Origin: Cyanophora paradoxa CCMP329
Taxonomy: Eukaryota; Plantae; Glaucophyta
Assembly: GCA_004431415.1 (NCBI GenBank)
Contig: QPMI01000209.1
Coordinates: forward strand, 62,001-126,000
Reading direction: 5' to 3'
Length of the DNA stretch: 64,000 nt
Shown here: positions 22,705-35,588 of the stretch, piece by piece
Layout of the letters: each line of letters opens with the position of its first letter
Numbering within the stretch: position 1 is the stretch's first letter
Notes under the pieces: generated by a model
Database searches by the model: none
Told to the model about the DNA's origin: nothing
The model's input: the letters and a program-made list of their open reading frames with translations, nothing else
Made by a program: the position numbers and the translations under genes

Positions 22705-23883
22705 CTACTCCTGGACCTTGCGCTCCAGAATGAACAGCGTCGGCGACTTCAGATCTGCGCGGAGAGAATGAGAGCGATGCAGAGCCGCGCGCGCGCCCCG
22801 GGCCAAGCGCCGGCCGCCGGGCACGAGGCGGAGCCCAAGGAGGACGCACCAGGCCGCGCGAGGACGTTCGACTTGATGGCGCCTGCGTACCCGCAAGCGT
22901 CATGGACGCGTCTTCGGGGGCGCGCCGTGTGCGCCCGCACCTGTGACGGTCGCGAGTTTCATGCGGCGGACGTCGACGAGCTTGGACTCAACCTTGCCGA
23001 TCCCCTGCACGACTCGGATCGAGGCGGGTGCAGGGAAAGGCGGCGGGGCGCGGGGATCCCGGACCTTGTCGATGACGAACGTGGCCATCACCTTGCTGAT
23101 GACTGCGGAGGCGGCGCGCGTGGGCCCTACCGCACAGAGCGCGCGGCGTTACCGCAAGCGGGGATATAGACGCACTGTCGCCGACTTGGACGAGCCCGCT
23201 GCGCTCCGCCGCTCCACCCGGGGTAAGTTCTGCGCCCCATGCATACATAAGTATGGATGCCGCAGTGCTATTCGAGACGACAGGCGGCGAGGGGGCTCGC
23301 ACCGGCAACAAAGACGTCACCGGTCTCGTTATCCTCCTCCAAGATCATTCCCATTGGGGAAGTGAGCTCGACCCTGCGGACGTGATGAGCTCGAGCGCAC
23401 GAGGTGCGCGCGCGGTCAGGGGACGCGGCCCTAAGCATTGCACGAGAATGTCGGCCAATTGCAGCCGCAGACTAATCGTTCCGCCGCTAGGGCGCGGGAG
23501 CCCGCGTTCGACGACACAAGCCGAGACGCGTGCAACCGCCAGCGACGGGGCGGGCGGGGAGCCTCGGGATTGGCCGTAAACGATCAGCGATCTTTAAGCG
23601 CGCACCGAACGAGGGTCGAGCGACCACCCGACGGAGAGGGTGCGCCGTCATCGGCCTTCTCCTCGGCCTTCTCCTCGCAGACGATCCGTGAAGGCGCAGA
23701 CACAAAGGTACGCCTGTGCAAAGACGCCTCGAACCGGCGGGCTGGGGCGGCGAGGAAGCTCGACCGCAGCTGGTCCGTTCGGCGGCGCGGCGCGGCGTCC
23801 GCAAGCCTGCAAACGCCCCTCGAATCCAGGCACGCGTACGACCGGCTCGCAACCGCCGGGATCGCTGTCACGAAGGCTGCCAT
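22705..23883 (-). CDS. plastid-targeted small PDZ-domain protein (PDZ resembles that of MET1/ZKT)
   Basis: Transit peptide MAAFVTAIPAVASRS...FVSAPSRIVCE. Spliced exons read VELTSPMGMILEEDNETGDVFVA|ELTPGGAAERSGLVQVGD|IISKVMATFV, matching the PDZ pattern. The gene ends PTLFILERKVQE*. Middle exons are uncertain. Confidence 0.72.
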
Positions 23884-23949
23884 TTTCTGCAGTCGTACCC
23901 GTCTGTTGCGGTTCGGGTTCGACGCCGGCTGGGGGCATTCAGGCTTGCG

Positions 23950-26920
23950 ATGCGGGCGTTCCGTGTAGCCTCGGGCTCGCTGGGCGCGGCATCTCGCGTG
24001 CATGTGGGGCGCGACACACGGACGTTGGTCGCCGTTGCAGCGGTAGCCGCCGCGCGACCCGCCCTGCAGGTCCCGGCTTCTGCGGCGCCAGCGGCGTCCT
24101 ACGCCACGGCAATCGCTCCGAAGCCGCGTAAGCATATAGAGCGATCTAGCGGGACCGACAAGCAAGAGGGCCTCGGCGAGCGCGAGCTCCAGGCGATACG
24201 GGAGGAAGTCCAGCTCGAGATCGCACGCGCTCGGGCCTCTGCCGGTGCTTCCTTCGGGGCCATAGTTTAACGTATCGCTTATCGGAGCTGCAGAGCACGA
24301 GCCCCAGGAGCGCCCGGCGCTGGATGACGGTTTGGTGCCCGACTACATTCCCTGGGCGCCGACGCCGCCGCGGGGCGTGTCGCGCGAGACGGTCACAGCG
24401 GAGTCCGGCGGAAACCGTTGGAGGCGCGAGGCGACGAAGACGCAGAAGGCGGCCGCGCGCGTCCTCCGGACGATGAGCCGCCCAACAAAGGAGCAGCTCG
24501 AAGAGCAGGAGTCCGGCCGTGCTGCAGATGACGACGTCGACGAGGAGGACGATGCACCAGCGAGCCCAGCTGTTAGTGGAAACGAGAAGGAGGCGCCCGG
24601 GCCGGACCGAGCGAAGCGTCGCTACTACGGATATGAATCGGTGCGCGGGTCAGGGCGGCGCTCGCCTTGCGCGGGGGGCTTGCCGATCGCGCGGCAGTGC
24701 ATGCGGGCGGTGCGGGCGGCGCTGGCGTCGGTTCACGAGTCCGTGCGGCCAAAGATCGTCGCGTGGTGCGCGTTCGAGCTGGCGGAGGCCGGCCTGGAGT
24801 CGCGCGGCGAGGACCTGGTCCGCACCCGCGCCGGGCGCCCGCTCGCCCTCCGAGCTCGCCGCGCCCGCTCGAGGCCGCAGCTCACGCACGTGCCGCGCAG
24901 GTTCGGATGACGCGCCAGCTGCAGTTCCGCTCCGCGTCGCCGACGACGTACCCCCTCCTGCGGCGCGTGATCGACGCGGGAAGCACGGACTGGCAGCGCA
25001 TCTTCGGCGAGGTGGTGCGGCCGTACCCACCCCCCGGCGCGCCCCGGCCCCGACGACCGGCCGGCAGTACCTCGACTCGAGGGCGCCAGGGGAGACCGAG
25101 CCGCCCCGCGATATGCGGTGCGTGCCGCCCTCCGCCGGCGCCTGGCCCGCAAGCCCCGCGTCTGACGGGCGGGAGGCAGGGAGCTGCTGGCAAAGGCGTG
25201 CGCGATGGAGGGCGACTTCGAGCGGGCGGACGACGCGGTCGAGGGCCCCCGCTCCCTCGCCCGCGCCCTCCTGGACGCCGCGGGGCAGCTCGCGGTCCTC
25301 GCGGTGACCGGCCGCGGCGGCGAGGGGCGCGAGGAGACCGTCGTGGAGTGCCTGAGGCAGTTCGCCCGCGTCCGCATGACCGCCTCGGAGCGCCGCGCCG
25401 TCGCCGACGAGTGGGCGCGCCCCTTCTTCGCCTCCTTCCCCCGCTCCTCCTCCTCCTCCGCCGCCGCCGCCCTCCTCCTCCGCTCCGCGCGGGCCGCCCC
25501 GACGTTCGGCGAGGCGTGCTGGGCCGCCGCTGCGGCGCGCGCCTGGGGGGCCCCCTGCGCCGACGCCCTCGCCGAGGACCTCGAGCCCCTCTGGTCGGCC
25601 CGCCAGCGCCGGCCCGACGCCCCCGCCGCCGCCCCGCTCGCCGCCGCCCTCCTGCGCTGCCCGGACGCCTCGCCGGCCCTCCGCGCCGAGGCCCGCGCCG
25701 CCTTCCGCGCCGCGCTGCGGGGCCCGACGAGCGCCCGCCTCGCGGCGGCTGCGCTGCGGGACTACGCGGTGGGCGCCCCGCCCGAGGAGCTGGCGGAGCT
25801 CTTCGAGGCGGCGCGGGCGGCCTGCGGGCCCGACGCCGACGCCGCCGCCACGGCCGCGGCGCTGGCGCCGCTGGCGCGCGAGTGGAGCGAGGCGCTCCTC
25901 TCCGACTGCGGCCTCGGCCCCGCGGAGCGCGAGGCCGCCCTGCGCGCCGGGCGCGCCCTCTGCAGCGGGCACGGCGCCGCCGCGGCCAAGAGCCAGCCTC
26001 TGGAGTCGGACCCCTTCGGGCAGGCCCTCTGGGCGTGCAAGAAGTCGGCCGTGGGCGACGCGGACGACTGGCTGCAGCTCGCCGCCGCCCGCGCCGCCGC
26101 CGCCGCGCTCCAGGGGACCCCCGAGCAGGCCGCACGCGCCGCCGGGGAGGCGCGCACGCCCCGCCCCGCCTCCCTCGAGCTCGATCCGGGATCCAACCTC
26201 AACGCGCACGCGCCCCGCAGGTCCGCGGCGTGCTGGAACTCGCTACCCTCGTCGCCCGCGCTTCGAGAGACGTGCGCATGCGCCCCCTTGACGCTCTTCC
26301 CCCGAGTGCGGACGGCGCCCTGAGGCGCCGTGCAGCCGGCGGTGTACCTGCGGGTCTCGGCGATGTACGCGGCCGCCGCGGACCTGCCGCCGGCCCTCCG
26401 CCTCGGCCGCTGGGCCGCCGGCCGCTGCGCCGCGCTGCTGGCGCCCGTATCGGGCGTGCAGGAGACGCTGCGGCGGCTGGCCGCGCTCGAGGGCGCCCCG
26501 CCCAAGCCCGCCGCCGAGGAGGAGCAGGCCGAGGGCGAGGCGAGGGCGAGGAGGAGGGGAGGAGGAGGAGGAGGAGGGGCCCGGGGGGAGGGACAGGAGG
26601 CCGCCCCGAGCTCGGCGCCGCAGAGGCGGCGGCCCGAGCGGGGACGGCCCCCGCCGCGATGGCCTCGATCGCCGGCGCGGCGGCGGCGGACATGGCCCGC
26701 CTGGAGCGCCCCGACGAGGTCCGATCCCCCGCCGCCGGCCCGCCCACTGCCCCGGGCGCCCCTCACGCGTGCGCGCCCCCCGCAGGCCCTGGAGGTGCTC
26801 CGGTGGGCCCGGGCCCGCGGCTACCGCGCCCCCAGCTCGGCGGCCGGCGTCCTGGCGCGCGCTTTTGCCGCCGAGGGCCACATCGAGCAGGCCGTCCGCG
26901 CCCGCGCGCTCTGCGCCTGA
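23950..26920 (+). CDS. putative mitochondrion-targeted alpha-helical (degenerate PPR-like) protein
   Basis: Arg/Ala/Ser-rich presequence MRAFRVASGSLGAASRVH...ASYAT. Helical-repeat-like segments include ELLAKACAMEGDFERA and ALEVLRWARARGYRAPSSAAGVLARAFAAEGHIEQA. Stop is at 26918-26920. Confidence 0.5.
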
Positions 26921-27019
26921 CCGTAGCTTCCGGTGTTCTGTCTGTACACATTGATCCAAGCTCCAAAGCTCGGGACACGAGGGGGCCGAGCTCTCGCCGG
27001 GCAGGGTGGCCATGGCTGC

Positions 27020-27990
27020 CTACTCGTCGCCGCCGGCAGCGACGACCTTCTGTGAGCGGCCGACGGCGCGCGTCAGCCGCCGCCTCGCAAGCGGGCACTC
27101 GGGAGCGGCCCACCTTGAGGTTGACGACCTTCTTGCGCGGGGCCGCGGCCTCACCGCCCTCCGAGGTCGTCGTGGCACCGAAATAGCCATCCAGATCATC
27201 ATCGAGCTTCTTCGCGTAGCCGTCCTTGTCCTGAAGAGGGAAGAGTTAGCGGACATGGGGCGCCCCGGGCTCGGTTCGCCGGCGCGAGCAACGTGCTTTC
27301 TGGAAGTAATTATCGAGGTCTGTGCGAAGGTAAGAAGATGCAAAACAGGCAAGGGGGAAGGAAGAAAAGAGAGCGCACCGTTGTCGAGGTCCTCCTTGGA
27401 AACGGGGCCACCACCGCGGCCTCCCCGCCCCCGCCCCCGCCCGAAGCCGCGCCCGCGTCCCCGGCCGCCGCGGAAACCTGAGTGTGCACCAGAGTGAGTG
27501 AGTGAGTGCCAAAGAGTGAAAGGGACGTAGAATGCTGGGAATAGGACGAACCATCGCCGCCGCCGCCCCGGCCGCGCCTGAAGCCGCCCGCTGGACCGAT
27601 CATCCCCTCAGCGAGCGCCGCTACGCGCTTTCGAAGAGCGATGCACCGCCGCCATAGTTACCGCCGCCGCCGCCATAGCCACCGCCACCGCGAGCCCGCC
27701 CGCCCCGGAAGCCACCGCGGGCCCGCTGGGGGAGTTCGACAGTCCCGTCGTCGTAGTCGTCTACGTTCATGCGATAGCCACCGCGATCTGCGATGCCGGT
27801 CGTCGCGTCACAAAAGTGGGAAGGGAGCGAGATCGGGATCCCAGGGGGACGCCGGAAATGCTCTCGCACCGTCATGAAGGTAGAAATCGCCGCCAGCACC
27901 CCCATCGTCCGCGTACTCCTCGACCGGCGGCGCCCGCGCGTACGGCTGGTACCGGGCGCGACCGCGCCCTCTCGGAGCGCGCTGTGCCAT
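27020..27990 (-). CDS. RGG-rich CHTOP/FoP-like (chromatin target of PRMT1) RNA-binding protein
   Basis: Long RG/RGG tracts are followed by the duplicated FoP-type motif VSKEDLDN|DLDNYFQK|DGYAKKLDDDLDGYF. The gene ends KVVAAGGDE*. Confidence 0.75.
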
Positions 27991-28559
27991 TTTCTGAACG
28001 AAATGAAGTGAAAAGGGGTCTTCGCTGGGCGGCCTAGGCGAGTGGAAGGCGAAAAAGCTGGAGGCTGGACGGGTACACTGATAGAACGACGCAACGACAA
28101 GCCTAGGCGCGGCAGCGCAGCGGGCGGCAGCGGCTTCGATAACGCGACCCCCCCGCACGAGGAGCTCGTTCCAGGCAACTTCCAGCCCTCCGACTGTCGG
28201 TGCGCCCACGTGCACCGGAAAACGCGGCCGGCTCGCTCAGAGCCGCGCGGGGCGACGCTGCGCCTTGGCGACGCTTCTGTCTGTTCTCTGATGCGGTCTT
28301 TTTCCCCGTGCATCTTGCAGCCGCGGGCCGCTAGCAACCGTGCCGAAGTCATCAATCGCAAGCGTCCGGAGCGCAGCGGCGACGAGCGTCGTCCTTACAC
28401 ACAGCCAGCTCTTTCCATTCTTCCGACTTCCGGTGCGTGGGCGACCCTGCGCATGCGGACCGCCCGCACGCGGCCGCGCGCGCGCTTGCAATTGCAATTG
28501 ACCAAGGCCCATGGCCAGGCCTTCAAGCTTGCGCCAGTCCTGCTGCAGGCCTGTATAAA

Positions 28560-31500
28560 ATGGCCAGATGCAGCTGCTGTAAGAGGCAAGGACCACAGAG
28601 CCTGCTCAGCGGCCCCCGGCCAGCGCTTCTTAAAGATCACGAGAGCGATTTCAAGAAGGCCAGCGATTACCGAAGCTTGAACGAGCGAATTCAAGAGGTC
28701 CAGCGTTCGAAACGCGATGGATATTCTGACAAGATCGACGAGATGCTGAAAAGAGACTTCGAGCAGTTCAGCAGTGCGTTCGACGAGCGCATAAACGCAC
28801 TCGAAGAACAAGTAGCGGAGAAGGTGCTCTCGCCGTTCGACTTCCGCTGCTTCATGTATCGCGTGTTACAACTGCTGTGGTGCTCTCGCCTATTCATCGA
28901 TGTATCGCCTCGCGATCTTCTTGATATGGCATGCAGGATCATCTCGTGCCGACGAAAGATACAGAAACAGTTCCCAAAAGTAGATCCGCAAGCTTGGGAA
29001 GCTCAGTACATCCACCACTGGTGAGTTTTAACTTGCGATATCGATTGTGCACTATATGCATACACGTATACGTGCGTATTAATCTGCACCATTATCGTTG
29101 GCCTCAGTACTGCTCACAACTTCCTCATCATCGCCAAGACTCTGTACAGCCGCCAAGCCGTCTCTGCACATGCCCGCCTACTTTGGGACGAATTGTTGAA
29201 GAAGGCCAAGGGCACGAAGCTCTCATTCAACATCACCCTGGAGTCCGGCGAGACGGTGCTTTTCGACACGCAGGACCTGTGGTTCGGCGATGGAGGCACG
29301 AAGAGGGCAGAGATTCTCGGGCCAGCAACTGGAAGAAGGCGGAAGAATAACGAGAAGCCAAGGCCGCTGAGCGAGCTCTTCCATGCGGGAGAAGCCATCG
29401 ATCTCGCTATCAAGTACGCCGAGCTGGCGGAGACAGGCGCCAAGACCCTCGATGTCGGTGACGACATAGATGAGCAGCAAGTGAAACACAGGAAGAGTGT
29501 TCGTGCTGCCATCCTGCTTGGAGATTGCTACAAACTTGACTGCGGTCCGTACTGCATGCGCAACTGCATGAGAAGAAACGAACTGACTCCCGCTGTAGAG
29601 ATAGGATTGGAGGACGGCGCTACACGCCATTTTCCCGAGAAGGCCGTGGAAAATTACAAGAACGCTCTCCAGCTTCTCGAAAAGTCCATCCTTCCAGCCA
29701 AAGAGACGCAAGAGCTCCGCGAGAACGTTACAGAAAAGCTGGTCGGTCCTAGAAATTCGAACCTTGGATCCAGATACCTTCTCATTGATCACTTTCCCCC
29801 TAACCTTCTTTTATTTCGTTTAGATTGCTACATATGCTGAGCACCTCGCCAAAATGCGGGGAGCTCTCCAATTCGTCGAGTGCATCAAAATTTATTTCTG
29901 AATATGAAATGATCATGGTCATGATCATAAATACCGCCGCGCAGGACTCGCGATTATCAGCGCTCTCAGATTCGGGAGGCACTCGACCTTCAACGCGATC
30001 TGAAAGCGTCCTCCAGAAAGCCTCTCGCAGGTTCGGCCAATAACATTTTGAATCGCACATTTCGACCGTGATGCTGTCATGCAGACCGTGAGCTGAGCGA
30101 AAAGAGGTATAGGCTCGGCTACATGCTCGTCGACGTGCGCAGCCGCACGCGCTCGGTTTCTTATCGTTTTCACATAGGAGTTTTCTTATCAGTCGCACGC
30201 AGGAATTTTTCGCGTTCGAAGATGCTCGGATTCAGCTCGAGTTGGAGCACGAAAGCCTTGATGCGATCCAACGTGAGGACGGTGCAGCCCTGCAGCAACG
30301 AGGCTGGACACGGTGGGACTTCAAGAGGCGCCTTTGCGAGGTCAAGGCGGCGTACGCCCGTGCCCTCATGCACGGCAGTGCGGCTTCCTCGGGGGACATA
30401 GCGGAAGCCGTTGGCCTTCTCCAGAGTGCTTGCAAACTCGCCAACAACCTTGTACAAGAATCACTGAAGCTTTCGCCCCGAACGAAATGCCGGGCAATGT
30501 TCGAGGAGGTGTGCCACTTTCCGATCGCGAGCCCATAGCTGTATATTAATTCGAACGATTTTGTTCTGGTACCCACACAGGCCGTGGTCCTCATCACTCG
30601 CTTCGACGCGGAGGACGAGCAGTCTCTCCTCAGACATGCTCGTGCGCGTTTCTTTTATCGTTTTGTGGGCTTGCGAACACGACGTATACGGAGCTCTGAT
30701 CATGTCGGCTGCCGTTGCTGCATGCGCAGTCAAAGGCACGCTGGGCAATTACAACGAGAAGGAGTATCTGGGCCACGTGAAGAACTCGGAGTCCCTCCTT
30801 CGGAAAGCCGCGCGCCTCATCGTGGACCACAGCATACGGGACGAGCGGCTCGTGGACGACGTCGTGTCTAACCTCAAGGTAGCCCTCGGGAATATCCGGG
30901 ACAAGACCATCACGGACGACGACCTGCGGCGAGAAGCGGATCCCATTCGAAGGCTGCTGGATTATCAGAAGGAGCTGAGTGCGTGGGCTCTATTTTCGCG
31001 CACGCCGCTCCCATGTAATTTTAATGGTGTTGTTCAGGCGCCTCGACAGCATCCAGCGATGCAGACTCGGTCGCGATTGCAAGTGCGACCGCTCCCGTCG
31101 TTGCTCCTCGTGCGCTGCTCCTCGTTGCGCTGCCCGCGTGCACTCTCTGAGGAAGCGCGTCTTTGCAGAGAACGCCAAAGCTTCGGCCCCCGTTTCGGCT
31201 GCCTCCAGCAGTGGCCGCTCGAACAGGGACGCCGCCGCCCGTGCGCTGCTCCCATAGCTAAAAATCGCTCTAGATCTGCCCGCACGCGCACGCTAATGAC
31301 TACTTTCCCAGCAGCGGTCGAGGTGGGCACGACTCTGGAGGGCGCGTCGCTTACGGTGGAGACCAATTGCAAGCACGTAGCGAAGAAGGGGAAGTTTGGA
31401 TCCCCTGGGCCGGCCACGCGGGCAGGGCTCCCTGCACGTGCGTACCCCGCCACGCATCCCGCGGTCGCGGCGCCTCGCCCTCACAGCGGCCGACAGCAGC

Positions 31501-33086
31501 CAATGTGGCCGCCCCCGCGCCCCCTGGCCTCTCGTTGGAGGCGCAGTGCCGGGAGAAGTACGGGAAGGTGTGTCGCCTCGGCCCTGCTGCCATGTAGCTA
31601 TAGCGCTCACAGTTAAATCGTCCTGTGCGGCGCACACAGCCAACTCACAGTTAACATTTACAGGCCATGGTCCTGTGTGGAAAGTTGACCGCCGAGAACG
31701 CGGGCGAGGCGACGAAGCTTCTTGTGGAGGCAGCGGACCTCATCCTGGAAGGCAACATCACGGACACGGTCTTCGTTGGCGATGTCATCAGTCTACTGAA
31801 GATAGCCACGCGCCGCCGCTACGGGGATGGTGATCGTGACGTCACGGACGACGATCTGAGGGGATTGGGGGATCCCTTCCCGCGCCTGCTGTCGCACTTT
31901 AACGCGCTAGGTGTGCGGGGGCCATCCGAATGGGCCGGCGCACCAGTCCCATCTGAGCAATTCGGGTCGGGCTGCAGGGAGGGGTAACGCGCTGGCGCAC
32001 AATCCTTCCGTCTCCAGCAGTTCATTCGCGACTGCGCGTGCGTTAGCGCTGTACCCACTTGCTACAACATCTCTTTTTTCTGACCACATGCATATGCATG
32101 TGCATGGGCAGGGTACGAGCACACAGCGAACGAGGCATACTCTCCTGGCATGGCCACGCGGACAGGAACCCGTGCGCTCCGCTTCCTCCCCCCTTCCCCC
32201 CCCCATCCCATCTCCCTCCCCCCCCCCCCCTTCCCCATTCCCCGCCCACCCCCCGCACCCCCGCACCCCCCCACCCCCCCACCCCCCCCCCCCACCCCCA
32301 CCCACCCACCCCGCACCCCTCCCACACCATCCCCCCCCACCCCCCCCCCCCCCCACCACACCCCGCACCCCCCACCCCCACCCACGCCCAGCCCCCAACC
32401 CCCCTCGCCGCCCTCCCTCCGATCCCTTTCCCCTAAGCCCCAGCGGCTCGGCCGGACCATACCCCCCCTCCCCCCCCCCCCCTTCCGTCGATCCCCTCTC
32501 CCCGTCCCGTCCCCCTTCGCAGCTCCTCCTCCTCCCGCGATCCTCCGGCCCTCCTCTCTCTGTCGTACATCCCACCCCACCCCCTTCGCAGCACCCCCCC
32601 TCTCTCTCTCTCCCTCCACCGCCCTCCCCTCCTTCCCCCCCTTCTCCTCTCGCTTCACCGGTTTTCGCTCGCGAAGCCTCACGTTCTCACCAGGCCCGCC
32701 GCCTTCGCCGGCCGGCGCGAAGCAGCCCCCTGTGAAGGAGGAAGGTGCACCGCGTCGCCCGCCCAGCGGCGCCTCGCCTGCGCACGAACGCCGACGGCGC
32801 GCTCGCAGCCTGCGACGAGGGCGAGGACGACGATCGCGAGGGGGTCGGGCCCCGGATCCGGAAGCGCTCGGGGCGGCGCCGGCGGGCGGTGGTGGAGGAC
32901 GAGGAGGAGGGGCGGGAGAACGCCCCGCCGACCGCCCCCAACGCGCGGGAGGATGGCGAAGACGAGGGGGTCGTCGTCAAAGCGAAGCCGCGGAAGCGGC
33001 GGGTGGTCGCCGATGACGACGAGGAGGAGGAGCGTGGGGGCGCGGACGGCGCGTCGCGCCCGCCCCTCGCGCCCCTGCGCGCTTGA
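28560..33086 (+). CDS. large hypothetical alpha-helical (TPR-like) protein with an internally duplicated domain; start uncertain
   Basis: Exons chain in frame across GT-AG introns, e.g. YIHHC|TAHNFLIIAK...KAVENYKNALQLLEK...|IATYAEHLAK|...|EFFAFEDARIQLELE...DIAEAVGLLQSACK. The acidic/basic C-terminal exon ends PLAPLRA* at 33086. GC content is lower than in neighbouring genes. Confidence 0.5.
32180..32650. repeat. C-rich low-complexity tract (probably intronic)
   Basis: Runs of C broken by single A/T/G over about 470 bp. Confidence 0.85.
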
Positions 33087-34040
33087 GCTCGGGCTTTGGT
33101 TTCGATTTTTCGTGATTTGATCTCTCCTTTTACCTTTTGTTGCCAAGTTGCAGTAGGCATATATTCCCATTATCCTAAGTCCCTGTAGACCTGTACCCCT
33201 AGTCTGTACCTGTACCCCAATGATACCAGTCCCCAGCTAAACTATGCTGGCAACACTTTTTGACTGACTTTTTGGATTTCATTTCTAGATGTCGCGATCG
33301 TTCTCGTAGAGCGGCTAGCTGTAGGGCCGCCGAGAGCGCAAGCGTGTACCGATATTTTTCTGGGACTCATGATCAATATGCAATGCATGCGCAGTAGTGA
33401 ATTGTTTTTCTTTCACAGTACTTTTGATAGCACTCGATAACCATGTGCACGTGCCACCAGGTAGTGCCTCGACGGTCCTTTTTCCTTGTCGCATCAGTGC
33501 ACCCGTATCGATCGATAGCTCTTCTTAGTTGAATGAACAAGCATGATCATGATGCATGCGCGGGTTTCCGCTACGGAATCACACTACGGAATCCTTGTGC
33601 ATGTACATGTACAGCCGCTCAGCTCCTGCAAATTTACTACGTATACGGTACTGAATCTTCAGAAAAATAACGGAATTCGAATGTAGTAGCTATAGTACAC
33701 TGCACTTCCTGCGGGGGCCGCGGGGCGCGGCTAGATACGCGTCCTCCGAGGCTCGCGGGCGAATTCGAATCATCAAATGAAAATAGAATTTATACGTGCA
33801 CGGGCGTGATTCTACGCATACCATAATCTATCTCACCAACTGCATCCTACACTCCATCCCTCTGCGAACTATAACGCCATACTAAGCTACGCTAATCCAC
33901 CAAACTACCGTAGTACCGCTAGACTACTAGCTATAGGCTACAATCCACGGCTACTTTAATGAACAGGCCTAAGGGCGCAAGAGGAGTCCACACGGCGCGA
34001 AAGGAGAGAGTCTACAGGGCCGCGCGTGGCGGGCGGGCGC

Positions 34041-35423
34041 TCACGCGGCCTCCATGGAGCGAACGGAGGAGGAGCACTGGCTGCACGTGGCGACCTCCGC
34101 GTCGGGGTAGGGCCAGGCGGGGCCGCCGCAGGCGGGGGCGGGGGCGGGGGGGAGGGAGGCGGAGGCGCGGGGGCCCGGGAGCTCGGGGGCGGCGCCGGGG
34201 GCGTCGGGCGGGGGCAGGTCGTAGGAGGCGAGGGAGCGGGCGACGATGCGGGAGACGAGGGCGATGCCGAGGGTCTTCGTGGAGGAGAGGAAGACGACGG
34301 TGCCGAGGACGACGGCGCGGGCGTCCACGTGGTCCAGCAGCGCCGCCCGCAGCACGGCCCGCGTCGCCGCCACCGCCACGCCGAGCAGGTCCTCCCCCAG
34401 CAGGATCGACGCGAGCCGGAGCGAGAGGAGCGAGCCGGCGGCGCGGAGGGCCGCGCAGAAGGGGTACGTGATGATCGCGGGGACGTCGGCGCGCCAGCAG
34501 AAGCCGAGGGCGAGGGCCACCGGCGCCGTCACGCAGGCGAAGAGGATGGGCGTCTGCGGGGCGGCGCGTCGGCGGCGGCGCGCGGCGCGGGGACCGCGAG
34601 GGCGCACCTGCACGCCGCTGGAGAGGAAGAGGAGCACGGTGCTGATGCCGGCGCAGAGGATACCTGCGGGCGCGCTTCAGCCCGCGCGGGGGCGCAAGTT
34701 AATGCGCTAAAGAAGGCGCGGCACCTCGTCGAAGCCCATGGGCCAGGACGATGTAAACGCAGGGCAGGGCGGAGAGGCAGGACAAGAGGAGCCGCGCCGG
34801 CCACACAAAGGCAGGTATGGACGCCCCGAGCAGGACGCCTATGCAGGATGTAGACGCCATGAAGGCACTGACGACGATGCGCCTCGCCTTGGCTGCGGGG
34901 CGGCGTCCGTCAGCACGGGCGGGAGGCACGCTGATCACAGAAGCAATCTAAGATCTCTGGCGGGCTCGGAGACTGTCAAGTGCTAGTGCGGTGGTTCAAG
35001 CTTAGTACAGAACGTTGGGCGGTGAGCCCGCGCCGTCAAGAGCACATGACGGGCTCTGGCCTGGGCTGTCACGCGGAGGGCATGCGCACCCAGGTGGTCG
35101 GGCGTGGCTGCGGTGGGCACGTCGTTCGCCTCATAGGCACAGAAAACGCCGCAATTAGCGCGCCGTAGCGGCTCGGCCGCGCGAACGACGCGAAGGACGC
35201 GGTGCGGGGAGAAGCGGGAGAAGGGGCGGGGGCTGAACGGCCCGCATGCTGAACTCCGTAGAGACGGGCGTGCCCCCGGCGCCCGTGAGACGGCGCCGGG
35301 ACAGGTGCGGCTGCGGGTTGGATGTGAGGAGTGAAGTCCCGGGACCGAAGGCGTCACGGAGAGCCGGGGGAAAGCCGCCGTTGCACTGCAGGCCGCGAAG
35401 GAACAGCAGGGCGGCAGCGGCAT
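34041..35423 (-). CDS. hypothetical multi-pass membrane protein with a transit-peptide-like N-terminus
   Basis: Ser/Arg/Pro-rich N-terminus MPLPPCCSFAACS..., then hydrophobic exons (IGVLLGASIPAFVW...; GILCAGISTVLLLLSSGVQ|TPILFACVTAPVALALGF...). The gene ends SMEAA*. Confidence 0.5.
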
Positions 35424-35588
35424 CTTGCCGCGAACGGGGCCGCCTGCTTCACGGGTACGCGAACGTCATAGCCAGCCAGACCCAACCCACAGCCAGCTTG
35501 CTCTCTCTTTCCCAAATTGTCGTCTTTAGCATCTTGAAGTACAGGGCCGGGAAGCCCCACCGAGCAGCGCGGGGCAGTCCTCGATGCC

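Noticed and set aside
28042-33086. Low-GC block as a transposon or viral insertion
   Set aside because: I found no terminal repeats or transposase, RT or integrase motifs. The exons splice in frame like a host gene.
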